Shown here: positions 1 through 9,200 of the stretch, piece after piece
Numbering within the stretch: the stretch's first letter is position 1
How the letters are laid out: each line of letters opens with the position of its first letter
Origin: Akkermansia sp.
Lineage (GTDB): Bacteria; Verrucomicrobiota; Verrucomicrobiia; Verrucomicrobiales; Akkermansiaceae
DNA: 64,000 nt
Assembly: GCA_045646505.1 (NCBI GenBank)
Contig: JAZRKW010000090.1
Coordinates: 18,955-82,954, forward strand
Direction: 5' to 3'
Position numbers and translations under genes: made by a program
The notes under the pieces: generated by a model
Told to the model about the DNA's origin: nothing
Seen by the model: only the letters and a program-made list of their open reading frames with translations
Databases searched by the model: none

Positions 1-679
1 CCTGCAGCATAGCATCACCGGGAGTCACGCGACCATCGGTCCAGATATCAAGTACGAGCTTGTCGAACTCGGTCATCTGACCCACACGGGCGTTGTCCAC
101 AGCGTACTTCACGCGGGTCACCGGGGAGAAAATGGAGTCAATCGGAATCACGCCGATAGGACGGTCCTTATCGTTGTTGTCATCAGCGGTATGGAAGCCG
201 CGGCCTACGTTCACTTCGAAATCGCAGTCAAAAATGGTGCTCTGGTCAAGATGGCAGATAACCTGGTCCTTATTCACGACGGAATAGATGTGGTCATCCT
301 GAATATCGCCAGCGGTCACCACACCCTGCTTCGTGACGCGAAGGGAAAGAGTGCGGGGTTCCTTGCCAAAGTGCTTGAACTTAACCTTCTTGAGGTTGAG
401 GATGATTTCTGTCACATCTTCCACGACACCGGGAAGAGATGTGAACTCGTGCTGAGCACCGGCGATACGCACGCTGGTGATAGCTGCACCCTCAAGAGAG
501 CTGAGCAGAACGCGACGCAGGGAGTTACCGAGAGTATGACCAAAACCAGTCTCGATAGGCTCGGCAATGAAGGTCTCATGGTTGGGATCCTCCGGGTCAG
601 CAATTCGCTTCAGAGTGTTCGGAATTTCGAAATGAGCCAACTTGATGGGCCCCTGCTCCTGAATAATTTCGTCAGACAT
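1..679 (-). CDS. rpoA: RNA polymerase alpha subunit, 5' part (runs off the window)
   Basis: Manual minus-strand translation from ATG at 679: MSDEIIQEQGPIKLAHFEIP...AEPIETGFGHTLGNSLRRVLLSSLEGAAI...IPIDSIFSPVTRVKY; not in the ORF track because it is truncated. Confidence 0.95.
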   Translation of the reverse strand, partial: MSDEIIQEQGPIKLAHFEIPNTLKRIADPEDPNHETFIAEPIETGFGHTLGNSLRRVLLSSLEGAAITSVRIAGAQHEFTSLPGVVEDVTEIILNLKKVKFKHFGKEPRTLSLRVTKQGVVTAGDIQDDHIYSVVNKDQVICHLDQSTIFDCDFEVNVGRGFHTADDNNDKDRPIGVIPIDSIFSPVTRVKYAVDNARVGQMTEFDKLVLDIWTDGRVTPGDAMLQ

Positions 680-1011
680 ATTAGTGTGTTTGTGTGGCCG
701 GGTTTCCCTCCATGCGGGCTCTGCTTCCAGATAGAAAAGGAGGACCAACGACCGGATTTTTAATAAACCCGCGCGCCGAGAGGATACAGCTAATTGATTC
801 TCTTATCAAGCCTTTTCTGCAACAAATGACATTTTTTGTTCTAATTTTCCCTGTTTTCGGAGTTTTTAAATAAAAAAACGCCACACAAAATCCACTTAAA
901 AACCCCGTCTTGCCCTCATCTGCCGCGTACACCGGCGAGACCTGATTCCGGCATACTGCCTTTTGAAGCTTGATTTTCGCGGGTTCTCCAGATAAAATAC
1001 GCCTGCGAATT

Positions 1012-1293
1012 ATGAATATAAAGACGTTTCTGGGCAGTCTGCTGTTGATTCCCGTAATCCTGGCATTAGTGATTACGGCGGTCTATCATACTTCCGTAAA
1101 CGCTGAATTGAAGTTCGAGAAACGAGAAACCAGCACGCAGTATATCAACACTGAACGCTCGTACCGACCTCAAATTAAAGAAACACCCAAAAAACAGACT
1201 GAATCCGTTGCGCCTGATAAAAAACAGGACACACCAGCACCCGCCGGCTCTGTACCCGGACTGTTGGATGACGATGTAGCAGAAGAAGTCTGA
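1012..1293 (+). CDS. Small hypothetical protein with N-terminal membrane anchor
   Basis: MNIKTFLGSLLLIPVILALVITAV hydrophobic segment; TTGATT-N17-TAAAAT promoter just upstream. Confidence 0.65.
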   Translation: MNIKTFLGSLLLIPVILALVITAVYHTSVNAELKFEKRETSTQYINTERSYRPQIKETPKKQTESVAPDKKQDTPAPAGSVPGLLDDDVAEEV

Positions 1294-1306
1294 TTCCCCG
1301 CACCTC

Positions 1307-2188
1307 ATGAACAGCGCGCTGCAGAAACCAGTCATCGGCTACACGCTGGGAGACCAGGCTGGTATCGGGCCCGAAATCATTCAAGCGGCGTTAAATTCAT
1401 TATCATCTGAACAGGCAGACTTCATTCCCATGGGTAAAGCCATACAGGCTATACCCGGCAGACCGACCCTTGCAACCGCGCAGGCGGCGTTTGACCAGCT
1501 CGAGGCTGCGGCTGACGCTTTAAAATCCGGCAGAATTGACGCAGTTGTCACTGCCCCGGTATGCAAGGAAAATCTTCACCGCGTCGGTTTCCATTTCCCC
1601 GGTCAGACGGAATTCTTTGCAACACGTTTCGGAGAACCGGATTTCGCCATGTGTCTCACCGGCAAAAAGCTCACCGTAGCGCTGGGTACCATTCACACCG
1701 CTCTGGCAGATGTGCCACGCCTGCTCTCCACAACTGAGCTTGTACGTATCGGTACTCTCCTGGCAGATTTCATGCGCCGCAGAGGCTGTATTTCGCCGAA
1801 AATCGCACTGGCAGGGCTCAACCCTCACAATGGTGAAAATGGGGCTTTCGGCAATGAAGAGCAAAGAATCATTGCCCCCGCTGTAACAGCATTGCAGAAC
1901 TCCCTGCCCTGGGCTCAGTTCTCAGGCCCCTGTGTTCCCGATTGCGTCTACCGTGATGCCGCTATGGGGCTGTTCGACGCTATTCTGGCCCCTTATCACG
2001 ACCAGGCTCTCATCCCGCTTAAACTGCTTGATTTTGACAACGCCGTCAACGTCACCCTCGGGCTCCCGCGCTACCGCACCAGCCCCGACCATGGTACGGC
2101 TTTCGGTATCGCGGGCAAAGGTATCGCCAACCCGGCCAGTACCATCCGCGCTTTTCAGCTCGCCCTCACCTGCGCCCGCGCTAATTGA
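1307..2188 (+). CDS. pdxA: 4-hydroxythreonine-4-phosphate dehydrogenase
   Basis: Motifs GDQAGIGPEI, GLNPHNGE, YHDQALIPLK, NVTLGLP..RTSPDHGTAFGIAGKG. Confidence 0.93.
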   Translation: MNSALQKPVIGYTLGDQAGIGPEIIQAALNSLSSEQADFIPMGKAIQAIPGRPTLATAQAAFDQLEAAADALKSGRIDAVVTAPVCKENLHRVGFHFPGQTEFFATRFGEPDFAMCLTGKKLTVALGTIHTALADVPRLLSTTELVRIGTLLADFMRRRGCISPKIALAGLNPHNGENGAFGNEEQRIIAPAVTALQNSLPWAQFSGPCVPDCVYRDAAMGLFDAILAPYHDQALIPLKLLDFDNAVNVTLGLPRYRTSPDHGTAFGIAGKGIANPASTIRAFQLALTCARAN

Positions 2189-2470
2189 TGCAAAGGCGAA
2201 AATTCAAGAAAGACTAACCATTTTTCTGCAACCTGTGGCCATACCCCTCACCGTGCCACCACTCACCAGTGCACCGTCATGTTGCGTCGGCAAAAAGCTT
2301 AACTTTTCTTAAATAAAAACGCCAGTTTCCGCATCAAAACAGGCAAAATTACTCTCCGGAAGCCTCGCGCGCGTGCGCGCGATACCCGATTTACGTCATC
2401 ATTTTATCACACCAAGGCAAAAAAAGGTGATAATTCTTGACACCTCGCCAGCCCAAACAGACAAAAACAC

Positions 2471-2499
2471 TTGCTAAAGCCCCCCCGATGTGTTAGTAT
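2471..2499 (+). promoter_or_regulatory. Sigma70-type promoter TTGCTA-N17-TAGTAT with TG extension and a C7 run in the spacer
   Basis: Read directly, about 70 bp upstream of the ATG at 2569. Confidence 0.55.
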
Positions 2500-2568
2500 C
2501 CCCCCACGCCGTTCATACCAGTTCGGCGAATATACGCAGAGTCACATTTCATTTTTCACACCAGATAC

Positions 2569-3204
2569 ATGAAAAAAATCTTCAACAAGGCACTCGTACT
2601 GGCCGCTCTGACTTTGGCGGCTCTGGCGGGAATGCCCGAGGCACAGGCGGCGGCCTATAACCCGGACGCCACCAGCCGTGGATTCGTCACCCCGGCACAG
2701 CCTCGACGTTCCGCCCTGCCGGATCGCCGTCTCCCCAATCTGGGACGCGACAAACATTCTTTCCCCTTCTATCACCCGCGTCAGCTCAATCGCGTGGTAC
2801 GCACCACCGCCTACACGCACTCGGAAAGCGACCACATCGGATATGGACCGAAGAACGCCATCGGCACCTATCTGAAGTATGGGGACAAAATCCGCAGCGC
2901 TGCAGCAGACTGGTCCGTCTACCCGCTGGGCACAAAGTTCAAAATCAAAGGGCAGCCCTATATATACGTCATAGACGACTACGGCAGCGCTCTGGTAGGC
3001 ACAGCCACTATTGATATTTACCAGCCCAGCAAAGCGCTCATGCGCCAGTGGGGGCGCCGCACGGTTGAGATTGAAATCATCGAGTGGGGGTCATCCCGTC
3101 TGAGCATGGAAAAACTTTCCGCACGCCGCCGCTATTCCCACTGCCGGCAGATGTACGCAGCCCTGCAGGAACAGAGCCGCCACCGAAACACCGCCAAGCG
3201 CTGA
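2569..3204 (+). CDS. Secreted 3D (Asp-Asp-Asp) domain protein, cell-wall lytic transglycosylase-like
   Basis: Signal peptide; TTAYT...AAADWSVYPLGTK...VIDDYGSA...IDIY matches the 3D domain pattern. Confidence 0.85.
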   Translation: MKKIFNKALVLAALTLAALAGMPEAQAAAYNPDATSRGFVTPAQPRRSALPDRRLPNLGRDKHSFPFYHPRQLNRVVRTTAYTHSESDHIGYGPKNAIGTYLKYGDKIRSAAADWSVYPLGTKFKIKGQPYIYVIDDYGSALVGTATIDIYQPSKALMRQWGRRTVEIEIIEWGSSRLSMEKLSARRRYSHCRQMYAALQEQSRHRNTAKR

Positions 3205-3230
3205 TTTCGGCAAACACATTTTTCTCACCA

Positions 3231-3270
3231 ACCGGGCTTGCAGCACCACCTGCAAGCCCGGTTTCTTTTT
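3231..3270 (+). terminator. Intrinsic terminator hairpin
   Basis: accgggcttgcag-cacca-cctgcaagcccggt followed by ttcttttt. Confidence 0.85.
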
Positions 3271-3295
3271 CTCACCGCTCCAGCTCGGCTTTGAT
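3271..3295. repeat. att core, left copy (ctcaccgctccagctcggctttgat)
   Basis: Exact match to 6218-6242; encodes IKAELER* on the minus strand. Confidence 0.9.
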
Positions 3296-3401
3296 AAAAG
3301 AAGCCAGGGGCGGTGATGATTCCCAGGCGATGCGGTAATCAGCCTTACTTACGATTTTTCAAGATGGGAAGCAACGGTCTGTTCTATACATCTTGGTTGC
3401 C

Positions 3402-4397
3402 TTATTTTTTTATGACCTTCAGCCAAAACTCCTCTGCGAGATTCCGTAAGGCTGGAGACATATACCGACTCCGCAGCAGAGAAACATCGCGATGCCCCAT
3501 TTCCAGCTGCAACTCCGGCAGATTGCGAAAATAGGCAGCGTGATACGTTGCAAAGGTATGCCGGCAGACATCCGGCACCCAGCGGGTAAATCCGGCCGCT
3601 CGGCGCAGAGCGAGCCATCGGTTCTGCCAATTGCGCGGCACCCGGCAATCCTGCCTCCGCAGCCCTGGTAGCGCCCGCAGCGGCACCACGCGCCCGCCAC
3701 CCGTCTTGCTCTTCCGTGGGCGGATAATCACCTGCCGTTCCTCCCAGCAAACATCTTCGGGTGATATCCGTTCCACCTCTGCCGGACGCACCCCACTGTA
3801 TAATAATAGACTCAGCGAAAAGCGCATATCACGGAAACGTTTCAAAGCTGCTGTTGACTGCAGCTTTGTCACTTCTTCCAGATTCAGCGGGCTTATTACC
3901 TTCTCCTGAACTTCAGGATTATCAATGCGGTCTACAGGATTCGAATCGCACCACTCCTGCCGCATGCCATAGGCAAAAATGCTGTGTAAAATCGCTCTCC
4001 CCTTGCGATAGCTGTGTACACTCTCTCCGAATGCCTTCTGCAGAATCTCTCGGCACTGCGCAGCCGTCATCCCACGCAACGGCAGCTGCCCCGCCCCCTC
4101 CACCCGCAGCATCCGCCGCACATAATGCCGCAAATCCCTCGTTGTCGAGGGGCGTCTGTTCGCCCGTGCCGCTACACTCTCCCTCGCTACTCTTTCAAAA
4201 CATTCAGTCCGTTCCTCTGCCTGTATCGCCGCTATCCCCGCTCTGATTACCCGCCGCACCAGGCATAACAATTCCTCCCGCGCCATTCCTGCTGCCCGGC
4301 TCCCCAGACCTTCCACACACTCCATCACCAGTCGCGAAGTGTCAAGCACCTGCAACGGCTGTCCCTTCATCAGTCCTTTTATTAATTCTTTATTCAT
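3402..4397 (-). CDS. Tyrosine recombinase / phage integrase family protein
   Basis: Catalytic set GVRPAE, KSKTG, DVCRHTFATY, MGH, SRY; start placed at MNKELI (ATG 4397). Confidence 0.92.
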   Translation of the reverse strand: MNKELIKGLMKGQPLQVLDTSRLVMECVEGLGSRAAGMAREELLCLVRRVIRAGIAAIQAEERTECFERVARESVAARANRRPSTTRDLRHYVRRMLRVEGAGQLPLRGMTAAQCREILQKAFGESVHSYRKGRAILHSIFAYGMRQEWCDSNPVDRIDNPEVQEKVISPLNLEEVTKLQSTAALKRFRDMRFSLSLLLYSGVRPAEVERISPEDVCWEERQVIIRPRKSKTGGGRVVPLRALPGLRRQDCRVPRNWQNRWLALRRAAGFTRWVPDVCRHTFATYHAAYFRNLPELQLEMGHRDVSLLRSRYMSPALRNLAEEFWLKVIKK

Positions 4398-4411
4398 TGC
4401 GGTTGGTATGC

Positions 4412-4585
4412 ATTCGTAATGCGTAGTCAAGCAAAATTGCACAGCATAACTTCTATTTGTCAAAGAATTAATGATATAACATTAATACATGAAAAATAAT
4501 CCAGAAATCACAAAGGGAACACCTTTCCGTAATTTATCGACAAAACATTGATTATAAGCAACAAAGAAAACTACGCATTACGAAT
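4412..4585. repeat. Perfect 16-bp inverted repeats flanking a 142-bp AT-rich segment
   Basis: attcgtaatgcgtagt (4412-4427) is the reverse complement of actacgcattacgaat (4570-4585). Confidence 0.9.
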
Positions 4586-4741
4586 ACCGTATATACAATG
4601 ACAGAGACGAGGAGAAGGCCCAGGCGCTTCATATACGAAAACTAACATGATTCCTATATATAAAACTTGAAAGCTTAGTGAAGACAAGGCAAACCCGGCA
4701 ATCTCACCAAACTTCATTTCCTTATCCCCTTTTACATTATA

Positions 4742-6241
4742 ATGTTAACAGACAAAACAAATTCACCGTTCGCAACGGTTAAGAAAAACACAATAACAGT
4801 CGTGATCGCTTTGACATTATTGTTTCTTATCAGCGCAGCCCTTTCATGGAATACCGGATTGAAAGAAGAAGATATATATCATCTGAACTCACACAATTTT
4901 CTGGAAGCAACGAGCATAGCGTTTCAGTCATACAATGAACACAATGCAAGGATAGGAGAATTATGGCTTTATTTCCTGGGAATCTCAGATGACGGCACTG
5001 GAGCCTATCAGGCCGTTTATTTTTTCAGAACAATGACTCCTCTATTTCTGACACTGGGGGCATTGTTTATCTACCGTATAGGCACAGGGCAATGGCCGAC
5101 CTCTGATAAACACAGCATCATAGCCGTAATAATCATTATTCTGTTTCTACTTTGTAACAAAACAGGCTATTACTGGTTATGCAGCAATACAAACTGGCTG
5201 TTTCCCTCAGTTATCGCCATGGGCTTCTTCATCATGATTGACCCCTTTTTCAGAGGAAATTTCAATCTTTCGTGGAAAAGAATTGTTGCTATCGCGCTTC
5301 TCACCCCCCTCGTAGGCATGAGCAATGAGAACACATCCATAACCTCATTATGCTTATATACTGTTGCCGGAATTGCCCATATCTTCAGGAACAAAGCACT
5401 TGTTTTCGACAAAAAGTATATATCCATCGGGCTTCTGCTACTCAGTTTCACCTTGTTATACTACATGGCACCCGGGCTGCATAAGAGAGTAGACTCCAGT
5501 GCCACCGAAAGCGCTAATCTATTCTTCTTTGCTCTGAAAAATGCCTTTACTCCTTTAAACTGGCTGCATATTGTCTTCTGGTGTTGGCGTCCGATTCTCA
5601 TCAGCCTGTTTATTCTGCTGATATGCCCTTTAAATACATGGAAAACCAAGAGGAACCTGATTCTTGCATGCACCGCTTTCCTCATGCTGGGCATTCTGAC
5701 CGCCGCACCTCATTTTGGTACGCCACGAGCATTCATTCCAATCGAATTGCTCATTTTTGCGCTCATGGCAAGCATCTTGCAAAATGCATTACGCCAGGCA
5801 CTGGTATCTCGATTCAAAATTGCATGTTTGTTTGTTTTTCAAATCAGCCTTGCCATCACAACGCTCTTCCCGCTCACCGTACATGCAATTGACAGTTTCG
5901 CACTTCGTTCATATGTAAAAGAAAAAGCTAAAGAAGCACTCAGTCGGGGAGAAACGACTCTTATTCTGCACGCCAACGAAATGAAACAATCAAGTTGCTG
6001 GAATCCCGGCTTCAGAATTCCCCGAGCTCTGATGGAGTTTCAAACACCCATGGTGCCATTTATCACGACATCGCACTACAACGAAGCCGAAGACTACACG
6101 CATCGCTTTGCGGTATTCCCTTACGACAGAGAATCAATGTACACATCAGTCAGTTGCGGTGATGACATCCTGAATAAAGGCATTGCCAAAATGTTTGGGC
6201 TGGAAAGAATCATCGTACTCACCGCTCCAGCTCGGCTTTGA
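4742..6241 (+). CDS. Polytopic membrane protein, DUF6056 / GT-C glycosyltransferase-like
   Basis: About 10 or more hydrophobic segments; motifs YNEHNARIGE, GMSNENTS, MAPGLHKR; visibly AT-rich. Confidence 0.6.
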   Translation: MLTDKTNSPFATVKKNTITVVIALTLLFLISAALSWNTGLKEEDIYHLNSHNFLEATSIAFQSYNEHNARIGELWLYFLGISDDGTGAYQAVYFFRTMTPLFLTLGALFIYRIGTGQWPTSDKHSIIAVIIIILFLLCNKTGYYWLCSNTNWLFPSVIAMGFFIMIDPFFRGNFNLSWKRIVAIALLTPLVGMSNENTSITSLCLYTVAGIAHIFRNKALVFDKKYISIGLLLLSFTLLYYMAPGLHKRVDSSATESANLFFFALKNAFTPLNWLHIVFWCWRPILISLFILLICPLNTWKTKRNLILACTAFLMLGILTAAPHFGTPRAFIPIELLIFALMASILQNALRQALVSRFKIACLFVFQISLAITTLFPLTVHAIDSFALRSYVKEKAKEALSRGETTLILHANEMKQSSCWNPGFRIPRALMEFQTPMVPFITTSHYNEAEDYTHRFAVFPYDRESMYTSVSCGDDILNKGIAKMFGLERIIVLTAPARL

Positions 6242-6242
6242 T
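6218..6242. repeat. att core, right copy, overlapping the uvrA stop
   Basis: Exact match to 3271-3295. Confidence 0.9.
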
Positions 6243-9200
6243 GAAGGGGGCGGTGGGAGATTTGGCGCGGGAGAGCTGGCGGACGGTGCCCTGGGCAACG
6301 ATGTTGCCGCCGGCTGAGCCGGCACCGGGGCCGAGGTCGATGACATAGTCGGCCTCGCAGATGAGCTCAAGGTTGTGCTCGATGACGACGACGGTGTTGC
6401 CCATTTCGACGAGGCGGCGGAGTACCTGGACGAGGAGTCGGACATCGTGCGGGTGGAGACCGATGGTGGGTTCCTCGATGATGTAGAGGTCCTGCGGCAG
6501 AGCCTTTCCCTTGCGTATGGCATTGAGCGCGGCGCGGCGGCCTTTGATGAGCTCTGCCACCAGCTTGATACGCTGGGCTTCGCCGCCACTGAGAGTGTTG
6601 CTGGCCTGGCCGAGGGTGAGGTAACCCAGTCCGGTGTCGCACAGCAGACGCAGAGGGTCAGCCAGGCGGGGCTGGCTGGCGAAGAATTCGGCTGCTTCCT
6701 CCATATCCATGTTGAGGACTTCGGCTATATTCTTGCCTTTGTAGCGCACCTGAAGAGTGCGGGAGTTGTAACGCGCACCGCGGCAGGTCTCGCAAAGCAC
6801 CGTGCAGGGCGGCAGGAAATCCATCTCCTGCCGCTGGTAGCCGGTACCTTTGCAGGCCTCGCAATGGCCGGCGGCGGTGTTGAACGAGAAGCGTCCCGCA
6901 TCGAAGCCCAGGCGGCGGGCATCTGCGCTCTGGGCGAAGAGAGAGCGTATCTCATTGAAGATACCGATGTAGGTGGCAGGGGTGCTGCGCGGGGTCTTGC
7001 CCAGCGGGCTCTGATCCACCTGGTACAGAGCGCGCACGGAATCGAGTCCCCTGCTCCGTTTCCACGCGACGCGTTCCTCGCGGGAGATGCTGCCGCCCAG
7101 CGCCTCGCGCACAGCGGGACCGAGCGTCTCGGTGATGAGTGAAGTCTTTCCCGCGCCGCTGGGGCCAGTGACCACGGTGAAGCGGGCGCGGGGGATACGC
7201 AGCGTCACATCCTTCAGATTATGCAGCTTGCAGCCCTCTATCTCCAGCCACTCAGCATCCTTAACTGGCAGATACTTGCCGCAGAAGGGGTGTTTCTCCC
7301 GGCTGAGCAGAGCCCGGCCCGTGACCGAATCCGGGTTGTGTTCCACCGCATCAAACGAGCCCTGGGCCATAATCTGCCCCCCGTGAATTCCCGCAGCCGG
7401 ACCGAGGTCGATGATATGGTCGGCGGCGCGCATAGTATCTTCATCATGCTCCACCACCAGCAGGGTATTACCACGGTGCTTCAAATCCGCCAGAGTGCTG
7501 AGCAGGCGTTCATTATCCTGCGGATGCAGACCGATAGTCGGTTCGTCCAGCACATAAAGCACACCGCGCAGCTCCGACCCCAGCTGGGCCGCCAGGCGGA
7601 TGCGCTGAGTCTCACCGCCGGAAAGGGTGGTAGCTGCGCGGTCCAGCGACAGGTAGCCCAGGCCCACACGCTGCAGGAAACGCAGACGCGGCGCAATCTC
7701 GGCCATCACGTTGCGGGCAATCTCCGCTTCGCGCCCCTCAAACTTCCAGGATTCCACCACGGGCAGCGCATCATCTGCCGACAGGGCGCCGACCTCGGCG
7801 ATATTCCGCCCGAAAAGCGTGACACCCATGGCAAAAGGATTCAGGCGCGTACCGTGGCACACCGGGCAGAGCACACTTTCCTCCTCCTTGGCGGCAGCGC
7901 GCTCCACATCGCGGTCATACTTGAGCTCCACCTCCAGCTGGCTGAGCTTATCCTCCGGCTTCGCACCAGATTTCACCTTGCCCACGCGGCCGTGGCCCAG
8001 ACAGTGCGGGCACCAGCCACGCGGCGAGTTGAACGAGAAGGTCGAGGGCTCAGGCTCGGCAAAGGATTCACCGCACTGCGGACAGGTCAGGCGCGTACCG
8101 ATGAGCTGGTCTGACTCCCCCTTCAGCAGGCGGATGAAGCCATCGCCCATTTCCAGCGCGCGGGAAACGGTCTCCATAATCCCCACATAATCAGCCTCCT
8201 GACCATTCACCGTGATGCGGTTACCCTGCACACTGATTTCCGCCAGCACCACGTCCACATCGTGGTTCGAGTAGCGATCCAGCGGGGTGAAGGCATCCGG
8301 CGCCACCAGCACGCCATCTGCACGCAGGTAGGGATACTTCTTCTTCGCCGCCCAGCGTGCCAGGTCGGCATAGTGGCCCTTGCGGTTACGCACCACGGGA
8401 GCGGCAATCATGAGACTGGCAGGACGGGCGGCGATTTCCTGCTGCACGAGCGCCTGAATCTCCGCCGGGGAACGCCGCCCCACCGGCACGCGGCATTTCG
8501 GGCAATGCGGCTGCCCCAGCTTGGCATAGAGCAGACGCAGGAACTGCCATACCTCCGTCACCGTGCCCACAGTCGATTTACAGCCACCCCGCGAGCGGTT
8601 CTGCTCGATAGCCACTGTGGGCGGCAGCCCGGTCAGGCGGTCAATATCCGGCGTTTCCATCTGCTCCGTGAACTGGCGTGCATAGGGACTCATCACGTCC
8701 ATGAAGCGCTTCTGCCCCTCGGCAAAGATGATATCGAAAGCCAGCGTGCTCTTACCGCTGCCGGAAAGGCCGGTCACCACGGTCATGGCATCGCGGGGGA
8801 TATCCACATCGATATTCTTCAACTGGTGGTGGCGCGCCCCTCGCAGGGCAATCACGCCCTCCGGCACACTGGAATCGTGGTCTTCAGCCGCCATAAGCGG
8901 CAGCACATCGTACTCCATCTGCAGCGCCTCGGCCAGGAAATGCGAGGTAAAGCCCGCCCCGGTGGCAGCCACTTCCTCCGGTGTGCCCTGTGCAACCAGC
9001 AGACCACCCCCGGTGCCGCCCTCCGGCCCGAGGTCGATAACGTGGTCAGCGCATTTAATGAGCTCCATATTATGCTCGATGACGAGCAGCGTGTTCCCCT
9101 GCTCCACCAGGCGGTCAAACACGCGAAGTAACACCTCTAAATCGCGGAAATGCAAGCCTGTGCCGGGTTCATCCAGAATCAACAGACGCCCCTTGTCCTG

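Larger units (their letters stand above)
3271..6242. mobile_element. Small integrative element inserted in the uvrA 3' end
   Basis: Identical 25-bp direct repeats at 3271-3295 and 6218-6242 (the latter is the uvrA 3' end); encloses a tyrosine recombinase and an AT-rich cargo gene. Confidence 0.85.

Noticed and set aside
191-763. 190-aa plus-strand ORF
   Set aside because: Antisense shadow of rpoA, which is clearly encoded on the minus strand
3349-3750. 133-aa alternate-frame ORF over the recombinase 3' end (possible excisionase)
   Set aside because: Lies almost wholly inside the recombinase gene, has GC-frame composition and no HTH-like features
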